This document shows positions 20,082-30,281 of a stretch of 64,000 bases of DNA, in pieces (the stretch's first letter is position 1; each line of letters starts with the position of its first letter). The notes below the pieces were generated by a model. It was not told the origin of the DNA and made no database searches. It saw only the letters and a program-made list of their open reading frames with translations. Where the stretch lies: the NCBI GenBank assembly GCA_964530335.1, contig CAZGYG010000003.1, forward strand, positions 23,792 through 87,791. The letters run 5' to 3'. The position numbers and the translations under genes were made by a program. Source of the DNA: an uncultured Rhodospirillaceae bacterium. GTDB lineage: Bacteria; Pseudomonadota; Alphaproteobacteria; SP197.

Positions 20082-21213
20082 GGCCCGATCCCGCCCAGCG
20101 TTCGATGAGTACGGCGCTGCGCTCCGCGCCCGCCAGATCGACGGCACCCGCGGGCGGGCGGGGCAGGACGGCGACGCGCGCCACCAATTCCCCCAGCGCC
20201 ACCGGCGCGAGATCGGTTGCGGCGATGACATGGACGAGCCCCATTTCCGCCAAACGTCCGGCCCGCGCGGCCTGCTCGGTCTGCCCTGGGGCCGAAAAAG
20301 GCACGACAACCGCCCTCGCCCGCACCGCCAGCACATCGGTCATCGTATTATACCCGGCTTGCGAAACCGAGACAGCGCAATTCGCCAGGAGTTGGCGGAA
20401 ATCCGGCCGATTCGACTCGACCGTGACGTTCGCGCCCGCGCCCTGCGCGAGCCGGTCGCGATCCTGGACGAGCCCCGGCCCGACAAGAAGGCGCCAGCGC
20501 CGCGCCGGGTCGAGCGCCGCGGCACCGAGCGCCGCCGCCATCAGCGCCGCGCCGACCGCGCCACCGCCGGCGGAGACGACGATCTCGCCCCGGCCGGGGC
20601 CGTCAGGGGCAGCGGCTTCCGGCGAATGCGCCACGTAGCCGGTGTACAACGTGCGTTCGGCGAACGAGGCGGCCAAGGGAAAGCTCGCCTCCAAGTCGAT
20701 GACGCGCGGATCGCCGTGCACGAGCAGGGCGTCGAGCTCGGCCCGCGCCGCGGCGGCCATGGCGGCCTCGCGTTCCGGGTCGTTCCGCGTCACCAGGATG
20801 TCGCGCACCGACCCGACTACGACCGCCGGCGCGCCGCGCGCGGCCGCGATCACGGCCTGGAACTCCGCCGCCAGCTTGCGCCGGCCGAACGGGTAGTGCT
20901 CGACCACGACGATCCGTGGCCTCCTCGCGCGGAACGCGTCGAGCACGGCGGCGTGGCGTGCCGCCAGCAGGCTCGCGCCGACCGGATGCCCGTCGCCATC
21001 GACCAGGCGGCGAAAGCTCGCGTCCTCGGCCCGCACCGGCGGCAGTTGAACGACGTCGACGCCGTCAGACGCCATGCCGGATACCGGCAGGCCGCCGCTG
21101 ACCAGGGTGGTCGCGACGCCGCGCCGGGCCAGCGCCCGCGCGATCAGCAGGGCCCGCGCGAGATGGCCGGTCCCCAGGAGATGGCTGACCAGGATCAGGG
21201 CGCGCCGCGTCAC
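20056..21213 (-). CDS. Glycosyltransferase, COG4671/GT28-related (paralog of 24145..25371)
   Basis: N-terminal LILVSHLLGTGHLARALLIARAL motif, paralogous to the LIYSHDTFGLGHLRRCRTIAHAL gene upstream. GTG start in GTGA overlap with the histidine-phosphatase stop. Confidence 0.65.
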   Translation of the reverse strand: MTRRALILVSHLLGTGHLARALLIARALARRGVATTLVSGGLPVSGMASDGVDVVQLPPVRAEDASFRRLVDGDGHPVGASLLAARHAAVLDAFRARRPRIVVVEHYPFGRRKLAAEFQAVIAAARGAPAVVVGSVRDILVTRNDPEREAAMAAAARAELDALLVHGDPRVIDLEASFPLAASFAERTLYTGYVAHSPEAAAPDGPGRGEIVVSAGGGAVGAALMAAALGAAALDPARRWRLLVGPGLVQDRDRLAQGAGANVTVESNRPDFRQLLANCAVSVSQAGYNTMTDVLAVRARAVVVPFSAPGQTEQAARAGRLAEMGLVHVIAATDLAPVALGELVARVAVLPRPPAGAVDLAGAERSAVLIERWAGSGHADVARAQ

Positions 21214-21794
21214 GGCGCGGCGAGGGGTACGTTGAGCCGCACGACCTTGGGCTGGCCGTCGGGGGCGAGCTCGAACACCTGGGCGCGGCCGAAGTCGATC
21301 TTGACCGGTGGCGCGCCGAGGAAATCCCAGCCCGTGGCCAGCCCGACCACGGCGCGGATGACGCCCTTGTGACTGACCGCGGCGATCGCGCCGCCGTGGG
21401 CGATCTCGGCCAGCCAGGGGCGGATTCGCGCCTGCACCTGGCGCGGGCTTTCCCCGCCGGGCGGGCGGAAATCGAGCCCGCGCGCCTCGTTGGCGGCCAG
21501 GCCATCGGGGTCCTCGAGGCCGAGCTCCGCTAGGGTGCGCCCTTCCCACTGGCCCCAGTCCATCTCGATCAGGCGCGGCTCGATGCCGGCCGCGACGCCG
21601 AGGATGGCCGCCGTGTCGCGCGCGCGGCTGAGCGGACTGGTGTACCAGCGCGCGGCCCGGGCCTCCTCGGGCAGGCGCCAGGTCGCGACCTCGGCCCGGC
21701 CGGCTTCGCTCAGCGGCACGTCGAGCCGGCCCTTCAGCCGGCGCACGGCCGTGGCCTGGGTGCGGCCATGACGCAGCAGGACCAGATGGGTCAT
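21210..21794 (-). CDS. Histidine phosphatase (phosphoglycerate-mutase-like) family protein
   Basis: MTHLVLLRHGRT catalytic RHG motif; 194 aa; ATGA overlap with the upstream GT stop. Confidence 0.8.
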   Translation of the reverse strand: MTHLVLLRHGRTQATAVRRLKGRLDVPLSEAGRAEVATWRLPEEARAARWYTSPLSRARDTAAILGVAAGIEPRLIEMDWGQWEGRTLAELGLEDPDGLAANEARGLDFRPPGGESPRQVQARIRPWLAEIAHGGAIAAVSHKGVIRAVVGLATGWDFLGAPPVKIDFGRAQVFELAPDGQPKVVRLNVPLAAP

Positions 21795-22903
21795 CGCACC
21801 GCGATGGCGATGGCGCGCTCGAGTGCGCGGTGTGCCGCGTCGGGTCCGTGGCGGCGCGCGACCCAAGACTTGGCGCGGCGGCCCAAGGCGTGGCGCGTGT
21901 CCGCGTCGACCAGCAAACGGCGCACGGCGGCGGCGAACGCAACGTCGTCGCCGGGCGGCACCAGGATGCCGGATGAGCCGTCGCGCACGACCGTCCGCAC
22001 CCCTGGCTCGGCGCCCGCGATCACGGGCAGGCCGGCCGCCTGCGCTTCCAGGTACGCCATGCCGTAGGCTTCTCCCACGCCGGGCCAGACGAACACATCG
22101 GCCGAGGCGTAATACGCCGGCAGGGACGTTGGGCGCAACGCGCCGGCCCAGCGCACCCGCGCGCCGAGCGGGCCGAGCGCCCGCGAGCACGCCGCGGCCG
22201 CGGCGCCGTCGCCGACGACGATGAGCTGCCATGGGACATCGCGGACCAGGCCCAACGCCCGGCCGAGCCGTTGGTACGACCGGGTCTTGTCGCCCGGACG
22301 CATCATGGCGACGGTCAGCAGCCAGGGCACGCGCGCGTCCAGCCCGTGCCGCCAGGCGAGCCGCGCCCGCCGGCCTCCCGCCCTGGCGAACGGCCGGGGA
22401 TCGAGGAACGGCGGCAGCCGCACGATCCGCCGCGCCGGCACGATGCCACGGATTCCGGGCATGTCGTCGTCGCTCATCACCAGCACCGCGTCGGCGGCCC
22501 GGATCGCGGCCAGCGCGCCCTGGTAGCCGATCGCCCATGGTCCGGCCCGCCGTTTCGGCGCGTGCGAGGCCTCGGCGATCACGTAGGGGATGCCGAGCGC
22601 GCCGGCGACCCTAGGCCCGATCCAGTCGGGCGCCTTGTGATGGACGTGGTAGGTGAACCACAGGTCCGGGCGCCGGCTATGGCGCCACCTGGCGATCAGG
22701 CGATCGGCCACGCGCTCGGCCCGGACGCGGATCGCGGCCTGAACCTCGGCGTCGCCCGCGCCGTCGAAGGCACGCAGCCGCGTCGCCACCGCCACGTCGT
22801 GGCCGGCGGCGAGTGCCCCCAGCAGCGCCCGCGCCATGCGCCTGTCGCCCGAGGGCGTCGGATGATCGGGCGGCTTCATCGGCGCGTAGAAGGCGATGCG
22901 CAC
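21791..22903 (-). CDS. Glycosyltransferase family 1 (GT4-type)
   Basis: GT1 C-terminal EAYGMAYLEAQAAGLPVIA motif. Confidence 0.8.
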   Translation of the reverse strand: MRIAFYAPMKPPDHPTPSGDRRMARALLGALAAGHDVAVATRLRAFDGAGDAEVQAAIRVRAERVADRLIARWRHSRRPDLWFTYHVHHKAPDWIGPRVAGALGIPYVIAEASHAPKRRAGPWAIGYQGALAAIRAADAVLVMSDDDMPGIRGIVPARRIVRLPPFLDPRPFARAGGRRARLAWRHGLDARVPWLLTVAMMRPGDKTRSYQRLGRALGLVRDVPWQLIVVGDGAAAAACSRALGPLGARVRWAGALRPTSLPAYYASADVFVWPGVGEAYGMAYLEAQAAGLPVIAGAEPGVRTVVRDGSSGILVPPGDDVAFAAAVRRLLVDADTRHALGRRAKSWVARRHGPDAAHRALERAIAIAVR

Positions 22904-22907
22904 GGGA

Positions 22908-24134
22908 TCAGCCGGCGATGCCGAACTTCGCCGCCAGGAGGTCGATGCCCGCCGCCATGGCGAAGTCGCGCTCGACCCGTGCCCGGCCGGCCCGGCCCAG
23001 ACGCGCCCGCGCCCCTGGGTCCGCGATCAGGCGGGCGATCGCCTGGGCAATCGCCGCCGGGTCGCCGGGCGGCGCCAGCACGCCGTTGACGCCGTCCTCG
23101 ACCAGCTCGGGCACCGCCGCGATGCGGGTGGCGATGACGGGCAATTCCTGGCTCTGGGCCTCGACCAGCACGTTGGGCAGGCCGTCGCGGTCGCCGTCGG
23201 CGGCCACGACCGGGGTCAGGACGAACAGGTCGGCGGCGCGATAGGCGTCGAGCACGCGCTCCTGCGGCTGGGCGCCCTGCCACGCGATGCGCCCGTCGAG
23301 CCCGAGGCGATGGGCCTGGCGGGCGAGGCGCGGGCCGAGCTCGCCGCCGCCGATGTGAACGAGGCGCCAGGCCAGGTTGGACGGCACGCGCGCGAGCGCG
23401 GCGAGCAGGTCGTCGAGCCCCTTCTTCGGCACCGCGCGCGCGACGCACAGCAGCACCACCGGATCCCCTGCATCGCCGCCGTCGCGCATCGGGCGCGCGG
23501 CTTGGGGCGGCGTGAAGCGCGCGAGATCGAGCCCGTGATAGGCCAAGGCGACCCGGCCGGGCGGCGCCACCGGCTCGAGCGCGGCCAGCCCCGCGCGGCT
23601 GCACGTCACCGCGAACCGGCATTCGGCCAGCTTCTCGCGCTGCTCCCAAGCCGGCGTGGTCCAGATGTCCTTGGCGTGGGCCGACACCGACCATGGCAGC
23701 CCGGTCATCAGCGCGGCGTAGCGCACGACCGAGGCCGGAGTGTGCAGGAAGTGGGCGTGCAGCCAGGCGACCGCGCCGGCCTGTTCCACCGCCAGCACGC
23801 ACGCCTGGCCGAACCGGCGCACCCGGTTGGGGCTCGGGTCGCGCGCGAGGTCGCCGAGCCAGGCGCGCCAGGCACCCCTGTAGCCGGGCAGCCGGCGCGC
23901 CCGCCACCACGCGCGCGCGACCCGGAGCGGCGCGTGCCACAGGTACTCGGGCAGGTACGCGATGGGCGCCCGGATCGCCCGATGCACCGGATGGACGGCG
24001 CGGTCGGTGGGCCGGCGCAGCGAGACGATGCGAATGTCGAGGCCGCGGCGCTCCAGCGCCAGGATTTCCTGGGCGATGAAGGACTCCGACAGCCGGGGAT
24101 AGCCCTTGAGGACGAAGGCGACCGGACCGTTCAC
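22908..24134 (-). CDS. Glycosyltransferase family 1 (WcaL-like)
   Basis: GLPNVLVEAQSQELPVIATR GT1 motif; 408 aa. Confidence 0.8.
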   Translation of the reverse strand: MNGPVAFVLKGYPRLSESFIAQEILALERRGLDIRIVSLRRPTDRAVHPVHRAIRAPIAYLPEYLWHAPLRVARAWWRARRLPGYRGAWRAWLGDLARDPSPNRVRRFGQACVLAVEQAGAVAWLHAHFLHTPASVVRYAALMTGLPWSVSAHAKDIWTTPAWEQREKLAECRFAVTCSRAGLAALEPVAPPGRVALAYHGLDLARFTPPQAARPMRDGGDAGDPVVLLCVARAVPKKGLDDLLAALARVPSNLAWRLVHIGGGELGPRLARQAHRLGLDGRIAWQGAQPQERVLDAYRAADLFVLTPVVAADGDRDGLPNVLVEAQSQELPVIATRIAAVPELVEDGVNGVLAPPGDPAAIAQAIARLIADPGARARLGRAGRARVERDFAMAAGIDLLAAKFGIAG

Positions 24135-24144
24135 CGGGCGGCTG

Positions 24145-25371
24145 TCATCCCGATCGTGCCAGCGCGAGCCCGCGCGATCGGAGGGGATCGAGCCCGAGCT
24201 CGACCAGGCGATTGACGTTCTCGAGGCCGTCGAGCAGCCCGGGGATGACGACCGAGGACGGCAGCGCCTGCTGCGGCAACTGGCGCAGCGCGGTCACCAT
24301 GCGCTGGGGGTCGCGCTTGCCGTCGTCGTCGAGCATGGTCACCAGGCCCAGCTCGGCGGCCCGCCGGGTGCGGATGTACTGCTCCATGCGCGGCACCTTG
24401 CGCGGCACGATCAAGGCCCGCTTATCGAGCGACACGATCTCGCAGAACGTATTGTAGCCGCCCATGGCGACGACGCCGGCGGCATGCGACATCAGCGACT
24501 CCATGTAGGCGTCGAAGGTGATCGCCGTGACCGTGCGCAGTCGGGCGACGCGGCGCTGGAAATCGGCCACGGTCTCGGGCTGCATGAATGGGCCGAACAC
24601 GACCAGCGCCGGCCACGGCGGGCGCGCGGGCGATTCGTAGGCCCCGAGCACCCAGTCGACCAGCGCTTCGCCGTCGCCGCCGCCGCCCGGCGTGACCAGC
24701 AGGTACGGCCGGTCGATGTCGATCGGCGCGCGCACGCTGGGCATCGTGTCGGACACCGTGCGCCGCAGATAGCCGGTGAACACGGTCTTGCGGCGCACCG
24801 ACTTGGGCAGGTTGATGTCGGCGATCGGATCCCAGATCTGGGGCAGGCCGTAGACCCAGATCTCGTCGTAGAGGTCGCGCAGCGCCGGCCCGGCGCCCTT
24901 GCGCTTCCATTCGGGACCGAGGTGCGCCGACTCGTCGAGCACGTCGCGCAGGCCGAGCACGAGGCGCGTGCCGCGCGCCTTGAGCGATTCGAGCGTCTCC
25001 TTGACCTCGCCGCGCAGGCCCAGCGGCTCCTTGTCGACGATGAACAGGTCCGGGTCGAAGATCTCCGCCGTGTGGCGGATGATCGACGCCCGCATGGCCA
25101 GCGTCTCCTCGATGTCGATGTGCAGGTTGAGCGAGGTGTATTCGCCGTTGCGCAGCTTGATGACGCCCGGGACGCGGACGAAATCGACCCGGGCGCGGAA
25201 GTCGAAGCTGCCGATGATCGGCGATCCCGACAGGATCAGGACCGACACGTCGCGAAAGTGCTCGACCAGGGCGTGCGCAATGGTGCGGCAGCGCCTGAGG
25301 TGGCCGAGGCCGAAGGTGTCGTGACTGTAGATGAGGACGCGTGGTCCCATCCCAGCGGCTCGCACAACCAT
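24145..25371 (-). CDS. Glycosyltransferase, COG4671/GT28-related
   Basis: Start at ATG (MVVRAAGMGPRVLIYSHDTFGLGHL...) with a GGGGAGGGGAGG Shine-Dalgarno 7 nt upstream. The track begins 10 codons earlier at a GTG. Confidence 0.7.
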   Translation of the reverse strand: MVVRAAGMGPRVLIYSHDTFGLGHLRRCRTIAHALVEHFRDVSVLILSGSPIIGSFDFRARVDFVRVPGVIKLRNGEYTSLNLHIDIEETLAMRASIIRHTAEIFDPDLFIVDKEPLGLRGEVKETLESLKARGTRLVLGLRDVLDESAHLGPEWKRKGAGPALRDLYDEIWVYGLPQIWDPIADINLPKSVRRKTVFTGYLRRTVSDTMPSVRAPIDIDRPYLLVTPGGGGDGEALVDWVLGAYESPARPPWPALVVFGPFMQPETVADFQRRVARLRTVTAITFDAYMESLMSHAAGVVAMGGYNTFCEIVSLDKRALIVPRKVPRMEQYIRTRRAAELGLVTMLDDDGKRDPQRMVTALRQLPQQALPSSVVIPGLLDGLENVNRLVELGLDPLRSRGLALARSG

Positions 25372-25544
25372 CTTCGCGCCTCCCCTCCCCGAAAAAGGCA
25401 CGCCGGCGGGGGACTATGCCACAGGGCTGGGCGGCGGGGCGAGTCTACCCGGGCGGGTCCCCGACCGGCCCCCAAGGCCCACTGTACCCCAGCGAAGCCC
25501 TGGGTTAAGGTGCCGAACCTTGCCGCGATGGCCGGTCGGGAGCC

Positions 25545-28208
25545 ATGGAACCAAGTATCCTTCGGTATATTTTCCGATTTTCAAAACGACAGCAAATACA
25601 AATTGTTATCATAACGGCAATCTCCCTGCCGTTCTATTATGCGTCCCTCGATGTTCCCAAGCTCATCGTAAATAATGCGTTAGACGGTGGCCCACAGGAT
25701 TTCCCAAAACCCTTCTCGGTGCTTGGGTATAACCTGATTGGTCTCGAGCAGGTGCCGCTGCTTTATGCGTTCTGCGCCCTGTTCCTGGTTCTCGTTTTGA
25801 TCAACGGCGCCTTCAAGTACTACATCAACGTCCAGAAGGGCATCCTGGGCGAGCGGATGCTGCGCCGGCTGCGCTTCCAGCTGCTCGCGCGCGTGCTGCG
25901 CTTCCCGCTGCCGCACTTCCGCCGGGTCAGTTCGGGCGAGATCATCCCGATGATCACCTCCGAGGTCGAGCCGCTCGGTGGCTACATCGGCGATGCCATC
26001 GTCCAGCCGCTCTACCAGGGCGGGCTGCTGCTGACCGCGATCTTCTTCATCTTCGCCCAGGACCTCTACATGGGCATCGCGGCCATCGCGCTCTACCCCG
26101 TGCAGGGCTATCTCATCCCCAAGCTGCAGCGCCGCGTCAACCTGCTCGGCAAGGAACGGGTACGCGAGGTGCGCAAGCTCTCCGAGCGCATCGCCGAGGC
26201 GACGGCGGTCGCCCAAGAGGTCCATGGCCACGACGCGGCGCGCTACGAGCTCGCGGACTTCGCCGTGCGCTTCGGGCGCATCTACCACATCCGCAACCGC
26301 ATCTTCATCCTCAAGTTCCTCGCCAAGTTCCTCAACAACTTCATCTCCCAATTGACGCCGTTCCTGTTCTTCTCGATCGGCGGCTACTTCGTCATCCAGG
26401 GCGGGCTCTCGCTCGGCGCGCTGGTCGCCGTGCTCGCCGCCTACAAGGACCTGCCAGGCCCGTGGAAGGAGCTGCTGGACTACTACCAGATCAAGGAGGA
26501 CTCCCGGATCAAGTACGAGCAGGTGGTCAGCCAGTTCGATCCGCCGGGCATGCGCGACGAGGCGCTCGTCGGCGGCGACCGCGACGATCCGCCGCCGCTC
26601 GCCGGTGCCCTCGAGGTCGCCAACCTCGGCCTCGCCGATGACGGCGACCAGATCCTCGAGAACGTCAGCCTCAAGGCGCCGCTCGGCTCGCGGCTCGCCC
26701 TGGTCGGGGACTCGGCCAGCGGCAAGACCGAGCTCACGCTGCTGCTGGCCCGGCTGCTCGATCCGTCCAAGGGTCGCGTCGTCGTGGGCGGCGTCGACCT
26801 CAAGGACGCGCCCGAGGCCCTGACCGGGCGGCGCATCGCCTACGTCGGCCCGACCACCAGCCTGCTGTCGGCGCCCCTCTTCGACAACCTGACCTACGGG
26901 CTCAAGCACCGCCCGCTCAAGGAGGTCGAGTACCTGGCGCCGACCGCGGTCCAGCAGCGCCGCCGCGACATCGTCGAGGCGGAGAAATCGGGCAACGCGC
27001 CCGACGACATCAACGCCGATTGGATCGATTACGCGGCGGCGGGCGTGACGCCCGAACGGCTGGTCGGCAGCATTGTCGCTGCCCTCGACGTCGCCGACAT
27101 GACCGGCGACGTCTACCAGTACGGGCTGCGCGGTACGCTCGACCCGGTGCTGCGCCCGGACGCGGCCAGGCGGGTGCTCGACGCCCGCGCCGCTCTGCCC
27201 GACCTGCTGGCCGATGCCGGGGTCGCCGACCTGGTCGAACCGTTCCACCCCGAACGCTACAACTCGAACGCCACCCTCGCCGAGAACCTGCTGTTCGGCA
27301 CGCCGCGCGGCGATACGTTCGCCTTCGATCGGCTGGCCGGCAACGCTTACGTGCGCAAGGTGCTCGACGACACCGGCCTGACCGGCGATCTGCTCGTCAT
27401 GGGCTACGAGGTGGCGCAGACGATGATCGAGCTGTTCGCCGATCTGCCGCCCGAGCACGAGTACTTCGCCCAGTTCAGCTTCATCCGGCTCGAGGACCTG
27501 CCGGACTTCCAGGCGATCGTGCGCAAGGCCGAGCCCGAACACCTGGACCGGCTTGCCGAGGGCGATCGGCTCAAGCTGCTGTCGCTGCCGTTCCAGCTCG
27601 TGCCGGCGCGCCACCGGCTGGGCAATATCGATGACGCGATGCGCGAACGGCTGCTGGTCGCGCGCCGCGCCTTCGCCGCCGGGCTGTCGGCCGCCGATCG
27701 CGGCGCCGTCGCCCTGTTCGACCCCGGCGCTTACAACGCGCACGCCTCGCTGCAGGACAACATCCTGTTCGGCAAGCAGGTCTACGGCAAGGCGCACGCC
27801 GCCCAGAAGATCGGCGATCTGATCTCGGATCTGGTCGCGACGTTCGGCCTGCGCGAGATCATCATCGAGGCGGGGCTTGACTATCCGGCCGGCATCGGCG
27901 GCACGCGCCTGACCCAGAGCCAGCGCCAGAAGCTGGCCATCGCGCGCGCTGTGCTCAAGCGCCCGGACGTGCTCATCCTCGGCGAGGCGACGGCGACGCT
28001 CGACGGCCCGGCCCAGGCGAACATCATGGCCAACTTGTTCAAGGCCTTCGAAGGGCGCACCTTGATCTGGGCGCTGCACCGGGCCAGCCTGGCCAAGGCG
28101 TTCGACCAGATCGTCGTGCTCAAGGGCGGCCGGGTCGTCCAGCACGGCACGTACGTGGAGCTTGCCGCCGCGCCCGGCGTCCTCGCCGACCTGGTGGCGG
28201 CCGAATAG
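25545..28208 (+). CDS. Atypical ABC exporter (N-terminal 6-TM domain plus ATPase domain carrying a roughly 350-aa insertion and degenerate motifs)
   Basis: Walker A GDSASGKTEL; signature region LTQSQRQKLAIARAVL (degenerate LSGGQ); Walker B VLILGEATATLD (Asp replaced by Gly); H-loop ALHR. First about 150 nt are markedly AT-richer than the surroundings. Confidence 0.8.
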   Translation: MEPSILRYIFRFSKRQQIQIVIITAISLPFYYASLDVPKLIVNNALDGGPQDFPKPFSVLGYNLIGLEQVPLLYAFCALFLVLVLINGAFKYYINVQKGILGERMLRRLRFQLLARVLRFPLPHFRRVSSGEIIPMITSEVEPLGGYIGDAIVQPLYQGGLLLTAIFFIFAQDLYMGIAAIALYPVQGYLIPKLQRRVNLLGKERVREVRKLSERIAEATAVAQEVHGHDAARYELADFAVRFGRIYHIRNRIFILKFLAKFLNNFISQLTPFLFFSIGGYFVIQGGLSLGALVAVLAAYKDLPGPWKELLDYYQIKEDSRIKYEQVVSQFDPPGMRDEALVGGDRDDPPPLAGALEVANLGLADDGDQILENVSLKAPLGSRLALVGDSASGKTELTLLLARLLDPSKGRVVVGGVDLKDAPEALTGRRIAYVGPTTSLLSAPLFDNLTYGLKHRPLKEVEYLAPTAVQQRRRDIVEAEKSGNAPDDINADWIDYAAAGVTPERLVGSIVAALDVADMTGDVYQYGLRGTLDPVLRPDAARRVLDARAALPDLLADAGVADLVEPFHPERYNSNATLAENLLFGTPRGDTFAFDRLAGNAYVRKVLDDTGLTGDLLVMGYEVAQTMIELFADLPPEHEYFAQFSFIRLEDLPDFQAIVRKAEPEHLDRLAEGDRLKLLSLPFQLVPARHRLGNIDDAMRERLLVARRAFAAGLSAADRGAVALFDPGAYNAHASLQDNILFGKQVYGKAHAAQKIGDLISDLVATFGLREIIIEAGLDYPAGIGGTRLTQSQRQKLAIARAVLKRPDVLILGEATATLDGPAQANIMANLFKAFEGRTLIWALHRASLAKAFDQIVVLKGGRVVQHGTYVELAAAPGVLADLVAAE

Positions 28209-28237
28209 CCGCGACAGAACGTGAAGGAGACCTGACC

Positions 28238-28696
28238 ATGAGCTTGCACGAGGACGTCGACGCGCTGCGGGCGATCCCGCTGTTCGCCAAGGTCGAGTCG
28301 AGCAAGCTCAAGCTGCTCGCCTTCACGAGCGAACGGTTGTCGTTCAACGCGGACCAGGAGCTGTTCCACCAGGGCGATCCCGGCGACGCGCTCTACATCA
28401 TCCTGGACGGCGAGGCCGAGGTGCTGGTCGACACGCCGGGCGGGCCGATCCACGTGGCGACCGTGGGCCGGCACGGCTTCTTCGGCGACATCGCCATCCT
28501 GTGCGACGTGCCGCGCACCGCCACGGTCAAGGCGACCCAGCCCCTGACCACGCTCCGCATCAGCAAGGATCTGTTCTTCCAGCTTGTCACCCAGTTCCCG
28601 CAGATCTCGATCGAGATCATGCGCGAGCTCGCGCACAGGCTGGAACGGACTACCCGCGCCTACCGCGAAGCCGTCGCCAAGGCCCAGGCGCGTTAG
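28238..28696 (+). CDS. Cyclic-nucleotide-binding domain protein (stand-alone cNMP-binding/CAP effector domain)
   Basis: FGDIAILCDVPRTATVKA cNMP-binding beta-roll motif; 152 aa; 29 nt downstream of the ABC gene. Confidence 0.85.
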   Translation: MSLHEDVDALRAIPLFAKVESSKLKLLAFTSERLSFNADQELFHQGDPGDALYIILDGEAEVLVDTPGGPIHVATVGRHGFFGDIAILCDVPRTATVKATQPLTTLRISKDLFFQLVTQFPQISIEIMRELAHRLERTTRAYREAVAKAQAR

Positions 28697-29478
28697 CGCC
28701 CGGTGAACGTGGGCCGGCGCTTGGCGGCGAAGGCGCGGAGCCCTTCCTTCACGTCCTCGGAGGCGAAGCACGCGAGGGTTTCGCTCTTGAGCCATCCGGC
28801 ATCCAGCTCGCCCAGCTCGATCTCGCCGAGCGCCCGCTTCATCGCCCGCACCGCCCTGGGCGCCAACCCGGCGATGGTCTCGGCCAGAGTTTTTGTCGTC
28901 GCGGCCAGCGCCTCGGCGGGCACCACCCGGTCGAGGTAGCCGGCGCGCCACAGTTCGTCGGCCTCCAGCACCTCGTCGCCCAGCAGCAGACGGCGCGCCG
29001 CGTTGGCCGAAAGCCGGGTCGCGAAGCGGCGCAGGCCGCTCTCGTGCAGCACCACGCCGAGACGCGCCGGCGGCATGCCCAGCCGCATCCCCGCCACGCC
29101 GATCCGGAGGTCGCACGCGAGCGCCAGATCGCCGGCGGCGCCGAACACCAGGCCGTTGAGCGCGGCGACGGTCGGCACGGCGAAGGCCGCGACCCGGTCG
29201 ATCAGCGCCTCGACCGGGTTGTCGCGCCAGTCGGTCGCCAGGATGTCGCCGAGGTCGATGCCGGCGCAGAACGCCTTGGTTCCGGCACCGGTCAGCACCA
29301 GGACCCGCGCGTCGTGGGCGACGACCCGGTCGAGCGCGTCGTGGAACGCGGGCAGATCGCCGATGCCGAGCACGTTGTGCCGATCCGGCCGGTCGAGCGT
29401 GATCCGGGCGATCGGGCCTTCGAGCGCGAGCCGGATCGGGCCGGTCACGGCCGTCCTCGCTGCGCGACGCCCGGCCAT
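28693..29478 (-). CDS. Enoyl-CoA hydratase/isomerase (crotonase) family protein
   Basis: VLTGAGTKAFCAGIDL oxyanion-hole motif; 261 aa. Confidence 0.85.
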   Translation of the reverse strand: MAGRRAARTAVTGPIRLALEGPIARITLDRPDRHNVLGIGDLPAFHDALDRVVAHDARVLVLTGAGTKAFCAGIDLGDILATDWRDNPVEALIDRVAAFAVPTVAALNGLVFGAAGDLALACDLRIGVAGMRLGMPPARLGVVLHESGLRRFATRLSANAARRLLLGDEVLEADELWRAGYLDRVVPAEALAATTKTLAETIAGLAPRAVRAMKRALGEIELGELDAGWLKSETLACFASEDVKEGLRAFAAKRRPTFTGR

Positions 29479-30281
29479 CAGGTCGCCCCGCCGGCCCGGG
29501 CCGCCAGCACCCTCTCGGCCAGCGCCAGGTCCTCGGGCTTGTCGACGTCGATCGCGGCCTCGGCCGAGGCGATCGGAACCAGCGCGATGTCGAGCCCGAC
29601 CCGGCGCTCGAGCCGGCGCACCGCGCCCCGGCGCGTCAGCAGGCCAAGCGCGTAGGCGAGCCCGGTCAGCGGCCCGACCGTGGCCAGCAGCCGCATGGGA
29701 TGTTTGCGGTGGCGCTCGAGCCGTTGCCAGAACCGGGCGACGCGCCGCGAGCCGGGCGTCATCAGCGCGAACAGGTTGGTGCCCTTGATGTCGCCGTCGC
29801 GAAAGCGCAGGAACGTGCGCCGGGCGTCGGGGAAGGCCCGGCGCACGAGGTCGGCCTCGACGATGCCGACCGCGGCGTCCACGCCCTTCGGCACGGCGTT
29901 CCAGAACGCCGCGACCAGCGCCGGGGTCAGCAAGGCGTGGTCCGCCGTCGTCACCAGCAGCGGCGGGGACAACGCGTCGAACGCGGCCTCGACGCTGGCG
30001 GCGGCGCTGGCGCGGCTGGCCAGCGCCTCGAGCCGCCCGGCCTCGACCTCGCGCGCCAGCGCTGGGCATTGGGCGAGCACCGCGGCCCGGTCGATGCTGA
30101 CCACGATCCGCCCGACGCAGCCGCTCGCCCTGAGCGCCTCGACCACGCGCTGGAGCATGGGCACGCCGGCCACCGGCACCAGCGCCTTGTGGCCGACGCC
30201 CGCGGCCAGCGCGACCGGATCCTCGGGGCGGCCCGCGGCCAGCACCAGCGCGGTCGGCAGTTCGTCGGACGCCGTCGTCAT
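29478..30281 (-). CDS. MobA-like nucleotidyltransferase (NTP_transferase_3 fold)
   Basis: ALVLAAGRPEDP...ALVPVAGVPMLQRVVEAL; 267 aa; overlaps its neighbours by 1 and 4 nt. Confidence 0.7.
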   Translation of the reverse strand: MTTASDELPTALVLAAGRPEDPVALAAGVGHKALVPVAGVPMLQRVVEALRASGCVGRIVVSIDRAAVLAQCPALAREVEAGRLEALASRASAAASVEAAFDALSPPLLVTTADHALLTPALVAAFWNAVPKGVDAAVGIVEADLVRRAFPDARRTFLRFRDGDIKGTNLFALMTPGSRRVARFWQRLERHRKHPMRLLATVGPLTGLAYALGLLTRRGAVRRLERRVGLDIALVPIASAEAAIDVDKPEDLALAERVLAARAGGAT

